Shown here: positions 1 to 11,226 of the stretch, one piece after another
Numbering within the stretch: the first letter of the stretch is position 1
Layout of the letters: each line of letters starts with the position of its first letter
Source of the DNA: Octopus sinensis
Lineage: Eukaryota
Length of the DNA stretch: 64,000 nt
Assembly (NCBI RefSeq): GCF_006345805.1
Contig: NC_043020.1
Location: forward strand, 23,064,001 to 23,128,000
Direction of reading: 5' to 3'
The notes under the pieces: generated by a model
Databases searched by the model: none
The model's input: the letters and a program-made list of their open reading frames with translations, nothing else
Told to the model about the DNA's origin: nothing
Translations under genes and position numbers: made by a program

Positions 1-1225
1 TGAACAGTTTCCCGTCACTTCTACTGTGCAGAAACACTCCATCATCTGATGTCTGAAAGGCATGTGACAGCAAGAGTGAGAAGAAGATGCCAAACAATGT
101 AGGAGTGAGGACACAGCCTTGCTTTACCCCGTTTTTTATTTGGAAGGCGGCTGATGTTGAACCGTTGTGCTGTATGGTGCCTTGCATGTCATCATGGAAA
201 GACTTGATGATCCTCAGCAGCTTTGGTGGACATCGATTTTTGGAGCAGGAGGAAGAGGCCTGTTCTGCTTACCGAGTCAAAAGCCTTTGTTAGATCAATG
301 AAGGCCATATATAATGGCATTTTCTGCTCTCTGGACTTCTCCTGAAGTTGGCGTATGGAGATATCATATCGATAGTTGATCTGCTTCTTCTAAAGCCCAC
401 ATGCGATTCCGGATAGATTCGAGAAGCAAGTAGTTGTAGCCTGGCCAGGATAACGCGGGCAAAGGTCTTCCAACAGTGCTTAGAAGGGATATACCACGGT
501 AATTGTTACAATCACCACGGTCACCTTTGTTTTTGTAGAGGCGTAATGATGTTGGCATCCCGCATATCCTGAGGGACTGTACCCTCTTCCCAGCACTGAC
601 ACAGAAGCTCATGAAGGTGCCGAAGCAGGATGGTGTTTTTGCCGGCTTTGATGATCTCTGAGGGGATGCCGTCTTTTCCCGGAGCCTTATTTCTTGCTAG
701 GGAGTCAACAGCCTTGGTGAGCTCTGCTATAGATGGCGGACTGTCAAGTTCGCACATGACTGGCAAGATCTTGACACTCTCGACTGCAGCCTCAGCCACT
801 GTGGTCTCCCGTGAGTAGAGATCCTGGTAGTGCTCCACCCATCTATCCATTTGCTTGCCTTGATCCCTGATGAGATCTCCAGTAGTTGATTTCAGAGGGG
901 CTGACTTAGTTGCGGATGGACCGAGGGCCTTCTTCAAACCAGCATACATCCCACGGGTGTCGCCCCTGTCAGCAGCTGACTGGATACTCTGACAGATTTC
1001 CTGCCAATACCTATTGCACAGCATCTGGCTGTCAGTTGGGTTTTATTTCGTGCCTTTCTGAGTTCTTCGAGTGACTTTGTAGAAGAGTCACTCTTGTATT
1101 GCACCAGAGCTGCACGCTTTGCTTCGATAACTGGCTCCAGCTCTGAGAGCCCAGCATTGAACCAATCTGGGTTTTGCCTTTCTCTCATGCCGAAAGTATC
1201 CAATGATGTCGTATACAAGGCTGTT
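1..1225 (-). mobile_element. RTE-clade LINE fragment (linker + N-terminal half of RT), frameshifted, 5'-truncated, runs off the window start
   Basis: ORF 521..1024 ends NKAPGKDGIPSEIIK...CWEEGTVPQDMRDANII; adjacent frames give YKNKGDRGDCNNYRGISLLSTVG and AFIDLTKAFDSV...GVKQGCVL, typical RTE RT motifs. Confidence 0.92.
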
Positions 1226-1230
1226 TATAT

Positions 1231-1262
<32 letters not shown>

Positions 1263-1263
<1 letters not shown>

Positions 1264-1564
1264 CACGTGATCACCGTAACCGACCACGCTATCAGATGTT
1301 GCTACACATCACTAGTCACACTGCGCTTCGCATTGTTTTAGCCTTCAAATGACGCCACCCGCTGGCTAAGCGAGCAGGCCAACAGAAGAAAGAGTGTGAG
1401 AAAGTTGTGGCGAAAGAGTACAGCAGGGATCGCCCCCCCCCTGCCGGAGCTTCGTGGAGGTTTAGGTGTTTTCGCTCAATAAACACTCACAACGTCCGAT
1501 CTGGGAATCGAAACCGTGATCCTACCACCGCGGGTCCGCTGTCCCACTGGACCATTGTGCCTCG
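1263..1564 (-). mobile_element. tRNA-derived SINE, family C, full length
   Basis: Reverse complement starts with a tRNA-like head (A-box-like segment, B-box GTTTCGATTCCC); homologous to 56794..57025 (+) and 24585..24710 (-). Confidence 0.85.
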
Positions 1565-1582
1565 ACACACACACACGCACAC

Positions 1583-1644
<62 letters not shown>

Positions 1645-1653
1645 AAATTCATG

Positions 1654-1715
<62 letters not shown>

Positions 1716-2408
1716 CAGATACATAGATAAACAGATATATATATATATAGAAATATAAATATAGATACATAGATACAATCATACACACATACACACACAC
1801 ACACGCAAACACATATATATATACACATACACATATACACGCGTGCATTCACACACACGTGTGTGTATGATTGTATCTATCCGTCTCTCTCTATATGTAT
1901 GTATATATCTATGTACGTGTGTGTATAGGTGTGTGTGGTGTGTGTGTCTGTGTGTCTGAATTCATACGCAGCACACAGATGCAGGTAGCTTCAGGGTAAT
2001 TGCATCGAATTCTTTTGAAAACGTTTGAAGGAAATAACAACGCGCAAGATCAAAATGCAACAACAGACGGTCTTGATTAGAACAGTTATAGAAACGGAAT
2101 TGCAAAACGACAAGCAATATGATTGGCTGTTGAAATGCCTCTATGATATGACACACACACACGCAGGCCCGATCATACAATGGCATAAATACACATATAT
2201 ATATTCATATTAAGATTTGTGTGTATCAGTATGAATATAAATAGATATAATCTACAATGTTGTGGTAATATTTCTTTGTGTAGAATTTTGGTAATGTATT
2301 CACTAATATAAAAATAGTTCCAAATTTCGGAGAAATTGTACGTAATTGTATAAAAAATAATATATATTGGCAAGGAATAGAAAAGATTCTTAATATTAAA
2401 TTTATGTC

Positions 2409-3065
2409 AAAGGCGGAAAGCAGGCAGAATGGTTAGCTCGTAGGGCAAAATGCTGAAACAGCATTTCGTCTGACTTTATGTTCTGAGTTCAAATTCCGCC
2501 GAGGACGACTCTACTTTTCATCCTTTCGGGGTTGATGAAATAAGTACCAGTTGCGTACTGGGTTCGATCTAATCGAATGGCCCCCTCCCCACCAAAACTT
2601 TCGGGCCATGTGCGTGGAGTAGAAAAGAATATTTTAAGGCAGCGAGCTGGCAGAAACGTTAGCACGCCGGGCGAAATGCTTAGCGGTATTTCGTCTGCCG
2701 CTACGTTCTGAGTTCAAATTCCGCCGAGGTCGACTTTGCCTTTCATCCTTTCAGGGTTGATTAAATAAGTACCAGTTACGCACTGGGGTCGATATAATCG
2801 ACTTAATCCGTTTGTCTGTCCTTGTTTGTCCCCTCTGTGTTTAGCCCCTTGTGGGTAGTAAAGAAATAGGTATTTCGCTCGGTTGCTAGGTTCTGAGTTC
2901 ATATTCCGCCAATAAATTCAGTACCGGGGCCAATAAATTCAGTACCAGTTGAGTACTGAGGTCGATCTAATCGACTGGCCCTCTCCCCCCAAAATTTCGC
3001 GCCTTGTGCCTAGAGTAGAAAAGATTATTAAAGGCGGCGAGCTGGCAGGATCGTTAGCACGCCTG
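2409..3065 (+). mobile_element. Cluster of tRNA-derived SINE-A: old-tail monomer, head-body-Tx1 tail-body-old tail composite, and a head fragment
   Basis: Head GGCGAGCTGGCAGAAACGTTAG with B-box GAGTTCAAATTCC; central GTCGACTTTGCCTTTCATCCTTTCGGGG...AAGTACCAG; two distinct 3' tails; junction AAAGAAATA-GGTATTTCG at about 2869. Confidence 0.9.
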
Positions 3066-3932
3066 CACATTGAATAAACGATTGATTAATGGTTAATGGT
3101 TAGATATTTAACAAATTGGCTAACGATGAAGAAGTGATATTGAACCCGTGCATGTGCTTATGATTATTATTGGCGTAATGACCGTCCCAAGACTCAGTAA
3201 TATATATGTGTGTGTGTGTGTGAGTATTTATACATGCATATATCTGTATGTAGCTTTCCACATATCTACACATACAGTAAACACACACACACACACACAC
3301 ACATACACACACATACAAATACACGCACACACAAAGGCAGGTAGGTCACTTACCGGTCTGTATAAACGCTGGCGTCACCACAATTTATGTAAAAAAAAAT
3401 GCCGGAAGCTACAGTAAACACCACAACATTCCCTTTTTCCTCCTTCCTGAAATTTACCCTAGAATTCAGCGGCATTTCATCGTCTGCAAAAATTTTCGAC
3501 GTCGTCTGCTGAAAACAAACCACGTTTTTTTGACATATTTTTGATCTGCTGCTTCCTCCATTCTCGTTGCATCGCAAATAACTTCATCATAAACTCTTGC
3601 CTTTTATTTACATTCCCATAGACCGTTTTCTTTCCAATATTAAGATCTATAAACAACCCTGTTCTTACAAAAACATATATCTTCATTGTTTCGTACATAC
3701 ATTATTTATATCTATCTTGATCTTCCGTTATAAGTTAAGAGTATATGTTTCTGTTTTCTATTTTCATGATAATGGTAAAAACCTTCCTTTTGGCAGGTGA
3801 TTATTTAATAAAAAAGGAAGAAAAAACTATATTTCTAAATTTTTTGCTACAAAACACTGTGGAGGATCATTTTCCTAGGCTGTTTATTTGTTTTCCAGAA
3901 AATGTCAAATCCATGAATGAAAGCATGTTTCA

Positions 3933-4092
<160 letters not shown>

Positions 4093-4105
4093 GCTTGTTA
4101 GCTAG

Positions 4106-4306
4106 CTACCTACCTTTTTTCTCTCTTTTTTTCTCTCCTTTTTTCTCTCCTTGTTTCTCTCCTTGTTTTTTTCTGTGTCCCTTTCTGTAGAAGAGCATAG
4201 GATCGAAACGCAAAAGTCTTTTTTTTATTCCTGAGCGTTATACTAATACATCTGTTTGTTTTGTACACCACCTGTCTTCGTCTTTTGTTTTTTTCGTAAA
4301 CTCTCC
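4106..4306 (+). mobile_element. Penelope-like terminal-repeat fragment with hammerhead-like motif (core CTGTAGA) at 4181..4216
   Basis: CTTT-CTGTAGA-A-GAGC-atag-GATC-GAAAC-GCA-AAAG; near-identical copy at 34233..34425 (-); sits in microsatellite. Confidence 0.6.
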
Positions 4307-4365
4307 TACCTATCTTCCTACCTACCTACCTACCTACCTACCTACCTACCTACTTACCTACCTTC

Positions 4366-4426
<61 letters not shown>

Positions 4427-4427
4427 A

Positions 4428-4821
4428 ATCATTGACCAAGGTTACCGTGGTCTTTTTCGTAGGCTTTTCTTCCCACGGATAAACCTTACTTGCTTTCCTC
4501 TTTACACCATATATCATAACACTGTGATACACGATCCCTATTGATCGTTTTTTCCTCTTCCCCTTTTTTTCTCCTTTTTTCTTCTTTTTTCATTTCTCTT
4601 TCCTTTTGTTCCTTTTCCTTTTCTTCTTTGTTTTATTTTTATTTATTTATTTTTTTTTTTTTTGTTCTTTTCTTCCCTTTTACGATCCCTCTTGATCGAA
4701 AACCTAGCCACCCCTTTTTTTTGTTTCTTTTGTTTTTTGTTTTTTTCATCCCCCAAAAGAAAAGCTCTACCTTGTAACTTGTCCCATCTGTGTGCAGCCA
4801 TGTGTGACCAATAAAGAAACT
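4428..4821 (+). mobile_element. 3' UTR of a Tx1-type LINE (5'-truncated) inside a (TATC)n tract
   Basis: Ends GTGTGCAGCCATGTGTGACCAATAAAGAAAC, like the 3' ends of both full-length Tx1 elements; start GACCAAGGTTACCGTGGTCTTTTCGTAGG resembles GACCAGGCTCCCGTTGGCTTTTGTAGGG in the element-1 3' UTR; (CTAT)n on both sides. Confidence 0.7.
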
Positions 4822-4842
4822 TATCTATCTATCTATCTATCT

Positions 4843-4900
<58 letters not shown>

Positions 4901-5497
4901 AACCAGTGTGTATATATAATGTGGATACATATATAGAAACGCACCCAGAGAAACATTTCCATTAAATGTGTGTGTTAAAAATATAGGGCTTCGTTAAGAA
5001 TGCCGTGAGATTGCCAGATGCAAAGTTTCGACTTGATTTGGTCTCCTCAGTGTCGACCACACCAGACGTTCTGAGCTGAACAGAATATGCATTTTTCCGA
5101 TATAGAAATCGGTAAACAAAACATACACTCATTTGAGCAAAAGCTAAAATTCAGCTTCCATTACTGTTATAAAGTAAAACATTTCGTTGCCATCTTTTAA
5201 CTTGAAAGGATTAATTTAAACTGAAGTTTTCAATAAGACTATCATAATTAATGAGTTACTCGCTGATTAGCCCAAGTCTATGGCAACAGCGTATTATACA
5301 TGTTTCTGAGCTAGGCTCTTCATTTTACTAACTTGGAAAGTTTTAATATATACATAGTATCACAAGCATCTTGTATATTCATGAAACACCAACATCATGT
5401 AACAATTGTTGTAGTCCTTTGTGTTTCATTTATTTTCAAGGCTTTGCCTACTGACATTTTGTATCTATTGCGACTTACACAATCTTCCTGCATATGT

Positions 5498-5667
5498 AGG
5501 CGTAGGAGTGGCTGTGTGGTAAAGTAGCTTGCTTACCAACCACATGGTTCCGGGTTCAGTCCCACTGCGTGGCAGCACCTTGGGCAACTATCTTCTACTA
5601 TAGCCTCGGGTCGACCAAAGCCTTGTGAGTGGATTTGGTAGACGGAAACTGAAAGAAGCCCGTCGTA
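5498..5667 (+). mobile_element. tRNA-derived SINE-B, 5' half, followed by its internal (TA/TG)n tract
   Basis: A-box GTGGCTGTGTGG, B-box GGTTCAGTCCC, then CORE-like CACCTTGGGCAA(G/C)T and GAAAGAAGCCCGTCG. Confidence 0.85.
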
Positions 5668-5673
5668 TGTATG

Positions 5674-5772
<99 letters not shown>

Positions 5773-6511
5773 TATATATATGTGTATGTATATATATATG
5801 TATGTGTATATATATATATTATGTATGTGTATATATATATGTATGTATGTATATATATATGTTTATATATATGTATATATGCGTTTGTGAGTATGCAAGT
5901 ATGTGTATTTGAGTGTGAATGTGTGTGTCTGTGTGCTCATGAGTGTGTGTGTGAATGCGTGCATATATACGTCAATACTCAGACGCATATATACATTCGT
6001 ACGCACATACATACATACTTTACATACATGCACACAAGGTCACACACATTACAGCGAAAGGAAAAGCTTGGATGTTGTTACCGCCAGAGAATATAAGGCA
6101 TACATACAATATATATCGATGGGAATGCGCACGCACACGCAAACACACAGATTGATACACACACACACACATACTCACATACATGCACATATGCACATAT
6201 GCAGTTGTTTTTCTACAGCGTTACCCACGCAAAGGATCACTTCAGATTATAAATACATAAATACACACACATACACATACAAACACAGAAACGCACACAC
6301 ACACAAATACACACACACATATTCATATAGATTGCTGCATAAACACTCTAAATATTAACTTCGCCATTAGTAGCTGTCCAGAAAGGTCATCACGTTTTAC
6401 TATATCGGAGATATGATATGGATTATGGAAAGTAATCCGTAAGAAGGATAATCCTTTAGGAAACGAATATTAGAAGTTAACCTGATGTGGAGGGCTCAAT
6501 CACAGCGAACG

Positions 6512-6650
6512 CGAAAGGAAAAACTAGAATTCTTTGTAAGCCTAGTACTTATTCTATCAGTCTCTTTTTGCCGAACCGCTAAGTTACGGAGACATAAACA
6601 CACCAGTATCGGCTGTCAAGCGACGTTGGGGGACAAACACAGACACACAA

Positions 6651-6747
<97 letters not shown>

Positions 6748-7090
6748 CAGTTAATCCAAACAAGAAAACACAAAAAAAACACGACAACGCGAGGACGTGG
6801 AACAAATATAGTATTATTGGACGCTCAGGAAAGAAGGAAAGAAGGAGGGTTTAACGTTTCGAGCGGAGCTCTTCGTCGGAAACATAGCAGAAGGAAAGAT
6901 CCAGAGAAGGGAAGACAGAGGAAAAAATTGCCAATGGTACACACGCGGTCACATTTTATATATACGACGAGCTTCTTTTAGTTTCCGTCTACCAAATCCA
7001 CTCACAAGGTTTTGGTCGGCCCGAGTTTATAGTAGAAGACACTTGCAGAAGGTGCCACGCAGTGGGACTGAACCCGGAACCATGTGGTGC
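6512..7090 (-). mobile_element. SINE-B copy interrupted by a PLE fragment in its internal microsatellite
   Basis: Head part at about 6960..7090 and 3' part at 6512..6655 match other SINE-B copies; insert 6748..6955 in between. Confidence 0.8.
6748..6955 (-). mobile_element. Penelope-like terminal repeat with minimal hammerhead motif at 6850..6882
   Basis: Minus strand TTT-CCGACGA-A-GAGC-tcc-GCTC-GAAAC-GTT-AAA: hammerhead topology, palindromic stem III (AACGTT), U4C core change. Confidence 0.7.
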
Positions 7091-7834
7091 GTAAAGAATT
7101 CAATTCTCTTAAGCAGGTAATATGAGAGCAACTTGTAACTAACATTAAAAGATTGCATTCTTGCTAGAGAGATTTTGTTTCATAATTTTATTGAACTGTT
7201 ATCGTATCGTGATTTCAATTAACGCAATCAAATCCTCATTTCATATATCGTATCACGACTTCACATAACGCTTATTGTATCATGACTTCATTTAACGCTT
7301 TTTGTCCCCTGAGATGCCACAATGGAATGGAGATTTCTGAACAAGTAAAATCAAGAAGGCGCGATGACGAGATGTTAAGAGAAGGCCATTGCATGAAGCT
7401 ATTATCAACAAGTCACATAATATGTAAAAGGACGATCGTAAATGATTTCTATTCCTGACTACGAATGGAAATGCAATTAGAAATTTCTTGACAGAATAAA
7501 TTCCCTGAATTATTATAAATTGTAAAGATCTGTCTTTAGCTATTTAGATTTACAATTATTTAGTTAATCAGAGATATTGTCCAAGAAGAATATTTGCAGG
7601 TGACAATAGGTATCTTCAAAAATCCACTTCATCACTTGCAGGTTAAAATTCCAAACACTATGTATGTAATATCAGTAATTTAACCTGCTTTATATCAATT
7701 ATTAAACTATTATTAAATTATTTGTATTCATAAATTACTGTAATAAATTTTAACTGGTTTTGAACGAAAACCAATCCAATCCAAGTTAACCTAAGTTAAA
7801 CTAAACTTTATCATACATATTTTATTTGTTATGC

Positions 7835-8700
7835 ATTGCTAATGAAATCCAGTATTATTTGCCATATCCGTTCCGCAACTCACTCCTTCAGGATGATAAT
7901 ACACTAATTCGCAGAGTTAAAGTTGTTACTGAATGGTACGAGGAACATTCTAGTGAAGCTGAACATCTCAATATTATTTCATAGCAGATCTCAATATTAT
8001 TTCATTAGCAATCCGTTCCGCAACCATAGGATGAATTAGATCAAATAAAATGCTTAAATAGTCTTCACTGTTAATTCTGCCATGAAAGGAAACCATCGGA
8101 CCAGCGGATTTCCAAGATATAGCCCCCACCCCCCAGATCATCACAGATCCTCCTCCATGTTTAACAGTTGGGAGAAGGCAGTCTAGGTCAAATGTTTCTT
8201 TTCGCTCTCTCCACATGTATACTCAGCCGGTGATGGGAAATAAGGTAAAGTATGACTCGTTAGAAAAAATAACATTCTTCCACTGCTCTAAAGACCAATT
8301 CTGTAGGTTTTTATTCCACTCTAAATGCTTTGCAACTTTATTCTTTATATTATACGCGACTTGCACAGCGGAATAAACACTTTGGAAATCGAGACGATTT
8401 CGATATCTTCCTACAGTTTTGAAGTCTTTAGCGGTGCCAAAGTAGCACTGTTATTGACAGAAGATATCCAAGTGCTTCTGATCTCTAGAAATTTTATGTG
8501 CTCCCCACTCCATTATTCATGCAGCTACTACACCAAATCAAGTGCAACTGTAACTATTTTAATGTTGCTATTCTCTGAGGATTTGTTATTTGGTCGCAGC
8601 TATGCTATTTTTCTCGCATACATCTGCCACGTGCGTGAGTAAACATATTCCACTTCTCTTTCCAGTTCACGAATGATTTAAGCATATGGCTAGCAGCTTT
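7835..8700 (-). mobile_element. Tc1-like (IS630-Tc1-mariner) transposase relic with an internal inversion
   Basis: Minus: WSLEQWKNVIFSNES...MWRE...DCLLPTVKHGGGSVMIWG...HPMVAE; the next catalytic segment LQDDNTLIRRVKVVTEWYEEHSSEAEHL is on the plus strand at 7886..7969. Confidence 0.88.
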
Positions 8701-8740
8701 TGAAAGGAGTGATAACTATTAGAATTAGAGAAAGATAGAT

Positions 8741-8776
<36 letters not shown>

Positions 8777-8789
8777 GGAAAAAGAGAGA

Positions 8790-9460
8790 GCGGATCGATT
8801 TGTTCCACTAAATCATTTAATGAGGAACTCTACCCCACCACCCCACGCTACTCTACACACACACTAGAACTGACCACTTCTCAACAACCACACCCAAACA
8901 CATACCTTCAATCGCGTCACCATACGTTATAGATGCATACACACATGCACACACTCACACACGTCAGAGTCACTAGCTCCTATTCACACAAGCACACATT
9001 TAGAGATCCACACCCCATTCTCACATATACATACACGTACGCGCCCCTTCATTTGGGATCACCAGCACTTTATTATCTCCCTTTCTTTCAAACTTTTTTC
9101 TAATCATTCACCATGTTTGACCTATAAATCTACAATTTTTTTCATTCTCTCTCTCTTTCTCTCTCTGTCTATTTTTTCTTATTCCTTTCTGTTGAAGAGC
9201 ATAGGCTCGAAATGTAAAAGACCTTTTCATTTTCCCGTGTGTCAAACTCATACACCTGCTTGTTGTTCATACACCTGTCTTCGCCTTCTGTTTTTCTATA
9301 AGTTCCAACTATATATTATACGCTCACATGATCACACCTGTTTTACCCTGCCTTAACTTCTTACTCTTTGGACTTGCATATCTTCATCTACATACCAGCA
9401 TCCACCCGGATTACCCCTGGATATACTGATTCTAGTTTCACGGATTTCACTGGATTTTTC

Positions 9461-9470
<10 letters not shown>
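8790..9470 (+). mobile_element. Probable Penelope-like 3' region with hammerhead-like motif (core CTGTTGA) at 9185..9220
   Basis: CTTT-CTGTTGA-A-GAGC-atag-GCTC-GAAAT-GTA-AAAG; downstream sequence resembles the 4106..4306 repeat; flanked by (GA)n and (TA)n. Confidence 0.5.
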
Positions 9471-9537
<67 letters not shown>

Positions 9538-9562
9538 GTATATATATATATGTATGTATGTT

Positions 9563-9606
<44 letters not shown>

Positions 9607-9644
9607 TATAGATATTGTATATAAATGCATATCTTTTATATAAA

Positions 9645-10190
9645 TACAGAGGAACTCCTTGTTAACCCTAAAATTGTGAACCTCAGGATGCCAAGCTCCT
9701 GTTAGCTAATGTTGGAATATTACAATACTATTCATCAACAACCCATCCACCATAACATAGGTGTAATTGCAAGGCTGGGAATAAGTGCCTCTTGAATGGA
9801 AACCAACCAACAACATCAACGAAACTGAGTGACACATCTGCTGACCAAGAACCTAACTACCCTATTTTGTGAACGCCTATAACCTGAAGATGACACATCT
9901 AAATATACAAGCCTGATTATAGCGTTCTACGTTTAGGAATAAATTCTGAACAATAGCGCATTTCCAGATTTTATCAATAAGCATTCTCTAATATATCTTG
10001 CCATCACAACTTAACATACAACCTCTTTACCATTCAACAGAACTCAACTTACAATAAAAAAGCCTTAATTCAGCTGAGACTATATAAAGCCTAGATAAAT
10101 TCAAAAGCATCGCAGTTCGATGATGCCTTAGCCAGCCGAAGCTTCGAAGTTACTTTCAATATTATTTTTGCTAAAGAACAATACACACAC
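9645..10190 (+). pseudogene. Degenerate Penelope-like ORF fragment (RT to GIY-YIG linker)
   Basis: 9762..9803 translates CNCKAGNKCLLNGN, matching the CNC-x4-CPLNG motif of Neptune/Naiad-type PLEs; remainder heavily decayed. Confidence 0.45.
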
Positions 10191-10449
10191 ACTCACACAC
10201 ACACATACACACACGTTTATTCACGATAAATGCAAACGAACCAAAGTTTGCTTTAGAAGCGCCGAAATGTGGTCTTCGCGATACAAATGAGATAATAATT
10301 TATTTTCAAACGCATAAACGCTGATAGTACAGTTGAGATAGGATAAAATATCCATACAAAGCGGATATATACATACATACATACATACATACATACATAC
10401 ATACATACATACATACATACATACATACATACATACATACATACATACA

Positions 10450-10485
<36 letters not shown>

Positions 10486-10520
10486 CATACATACATATAT
10501 ATATATATTATATATATATA

Positions 10521-10558
<38 letters not shown>

Positions 10559-10569
10559 TATATATATTT

Positions 10570-10832
10570 ATATAAAATAACATGTTACAATTATTCAATA
10601 GTCAAGATAAAACTCTGAGTTTCGGATGCCGAAGTGGAAATCCACAACACCATCTCTTCGGTTATCTGGCCATATAACCGAAGAGATGGTGTTATGGATT
10701 TCCACTTCGGCATCAGAAACTTAGTGTTATCTTGACTATTGAGTAATTGTAACATATTATTTTATAGATAAATTTCCTCTATTTACATAATATTGAGGTC
10801 TCTTTCTTTCTTTTGTTATCTTACAGTTTTTA

Positions 10833-10838
<6 letters not shown>
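10570..10838. mobile_element. PLE terminal-repeat insertion with inverted partial copy (about 95-bp-arm hairpin) in (TA)n; hammerhead-like motif 10605..10667 (-)
   Basis: Arms about 10573..10667 and 10675..10765 are near-perfect inverted repeats; minus arm reads AGATAA-CCGAAGA-GATG..CATC-C-GAAAC-TCAGA-GTT-TTATCT; same family at 57112..57390. Confidence 0.7.
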
Positions 10839-10884
<46 letters not shown>

Positions 10885-10888
<4 letters not shown>

Positions 10889-11226
10889 GATTGAACAAAA
10901 TGATGGAAAAACCTAGCATCATAGCCTCATAATTTTGAAATATCTATAAAACTGTCAAAAGCTTGTTTATTTTACTGTTTTTTCATTTATTATTAGTGTT
11001 GCTTAATATGTTTTGATAAAATTGCTGTTTCTTTTCAGATATCATAAAAGAAAGTTAATTAAAATTCTTTAAAATGACAGATCTATCGGACTTTCAAAGA
11101 GGTTAAATAGTTGGAGCGCGTGTGGCAGGCGCTAGCGTAACGAAAACAGCCGAAATGTTTGGTGTATCAAGAAGTACTGTCTCGAAAGTAATCACACCCT
11201 TTAAGAAAGAGGGAAAAACCTCCTCA
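10885..11226 (+). mobile_element. Tc1-like transposon 5' end (terminus plus HTH N-terminus), truncated by an RTE insertion
   Basis: Begins TA|CAG after (TA)n; from 11074 MTDLSDFQRG*IVGARVAGASVTKTAEMFGVSRSTVSKV, a Tc1 paired-like HTH. Confidence 0.85.
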
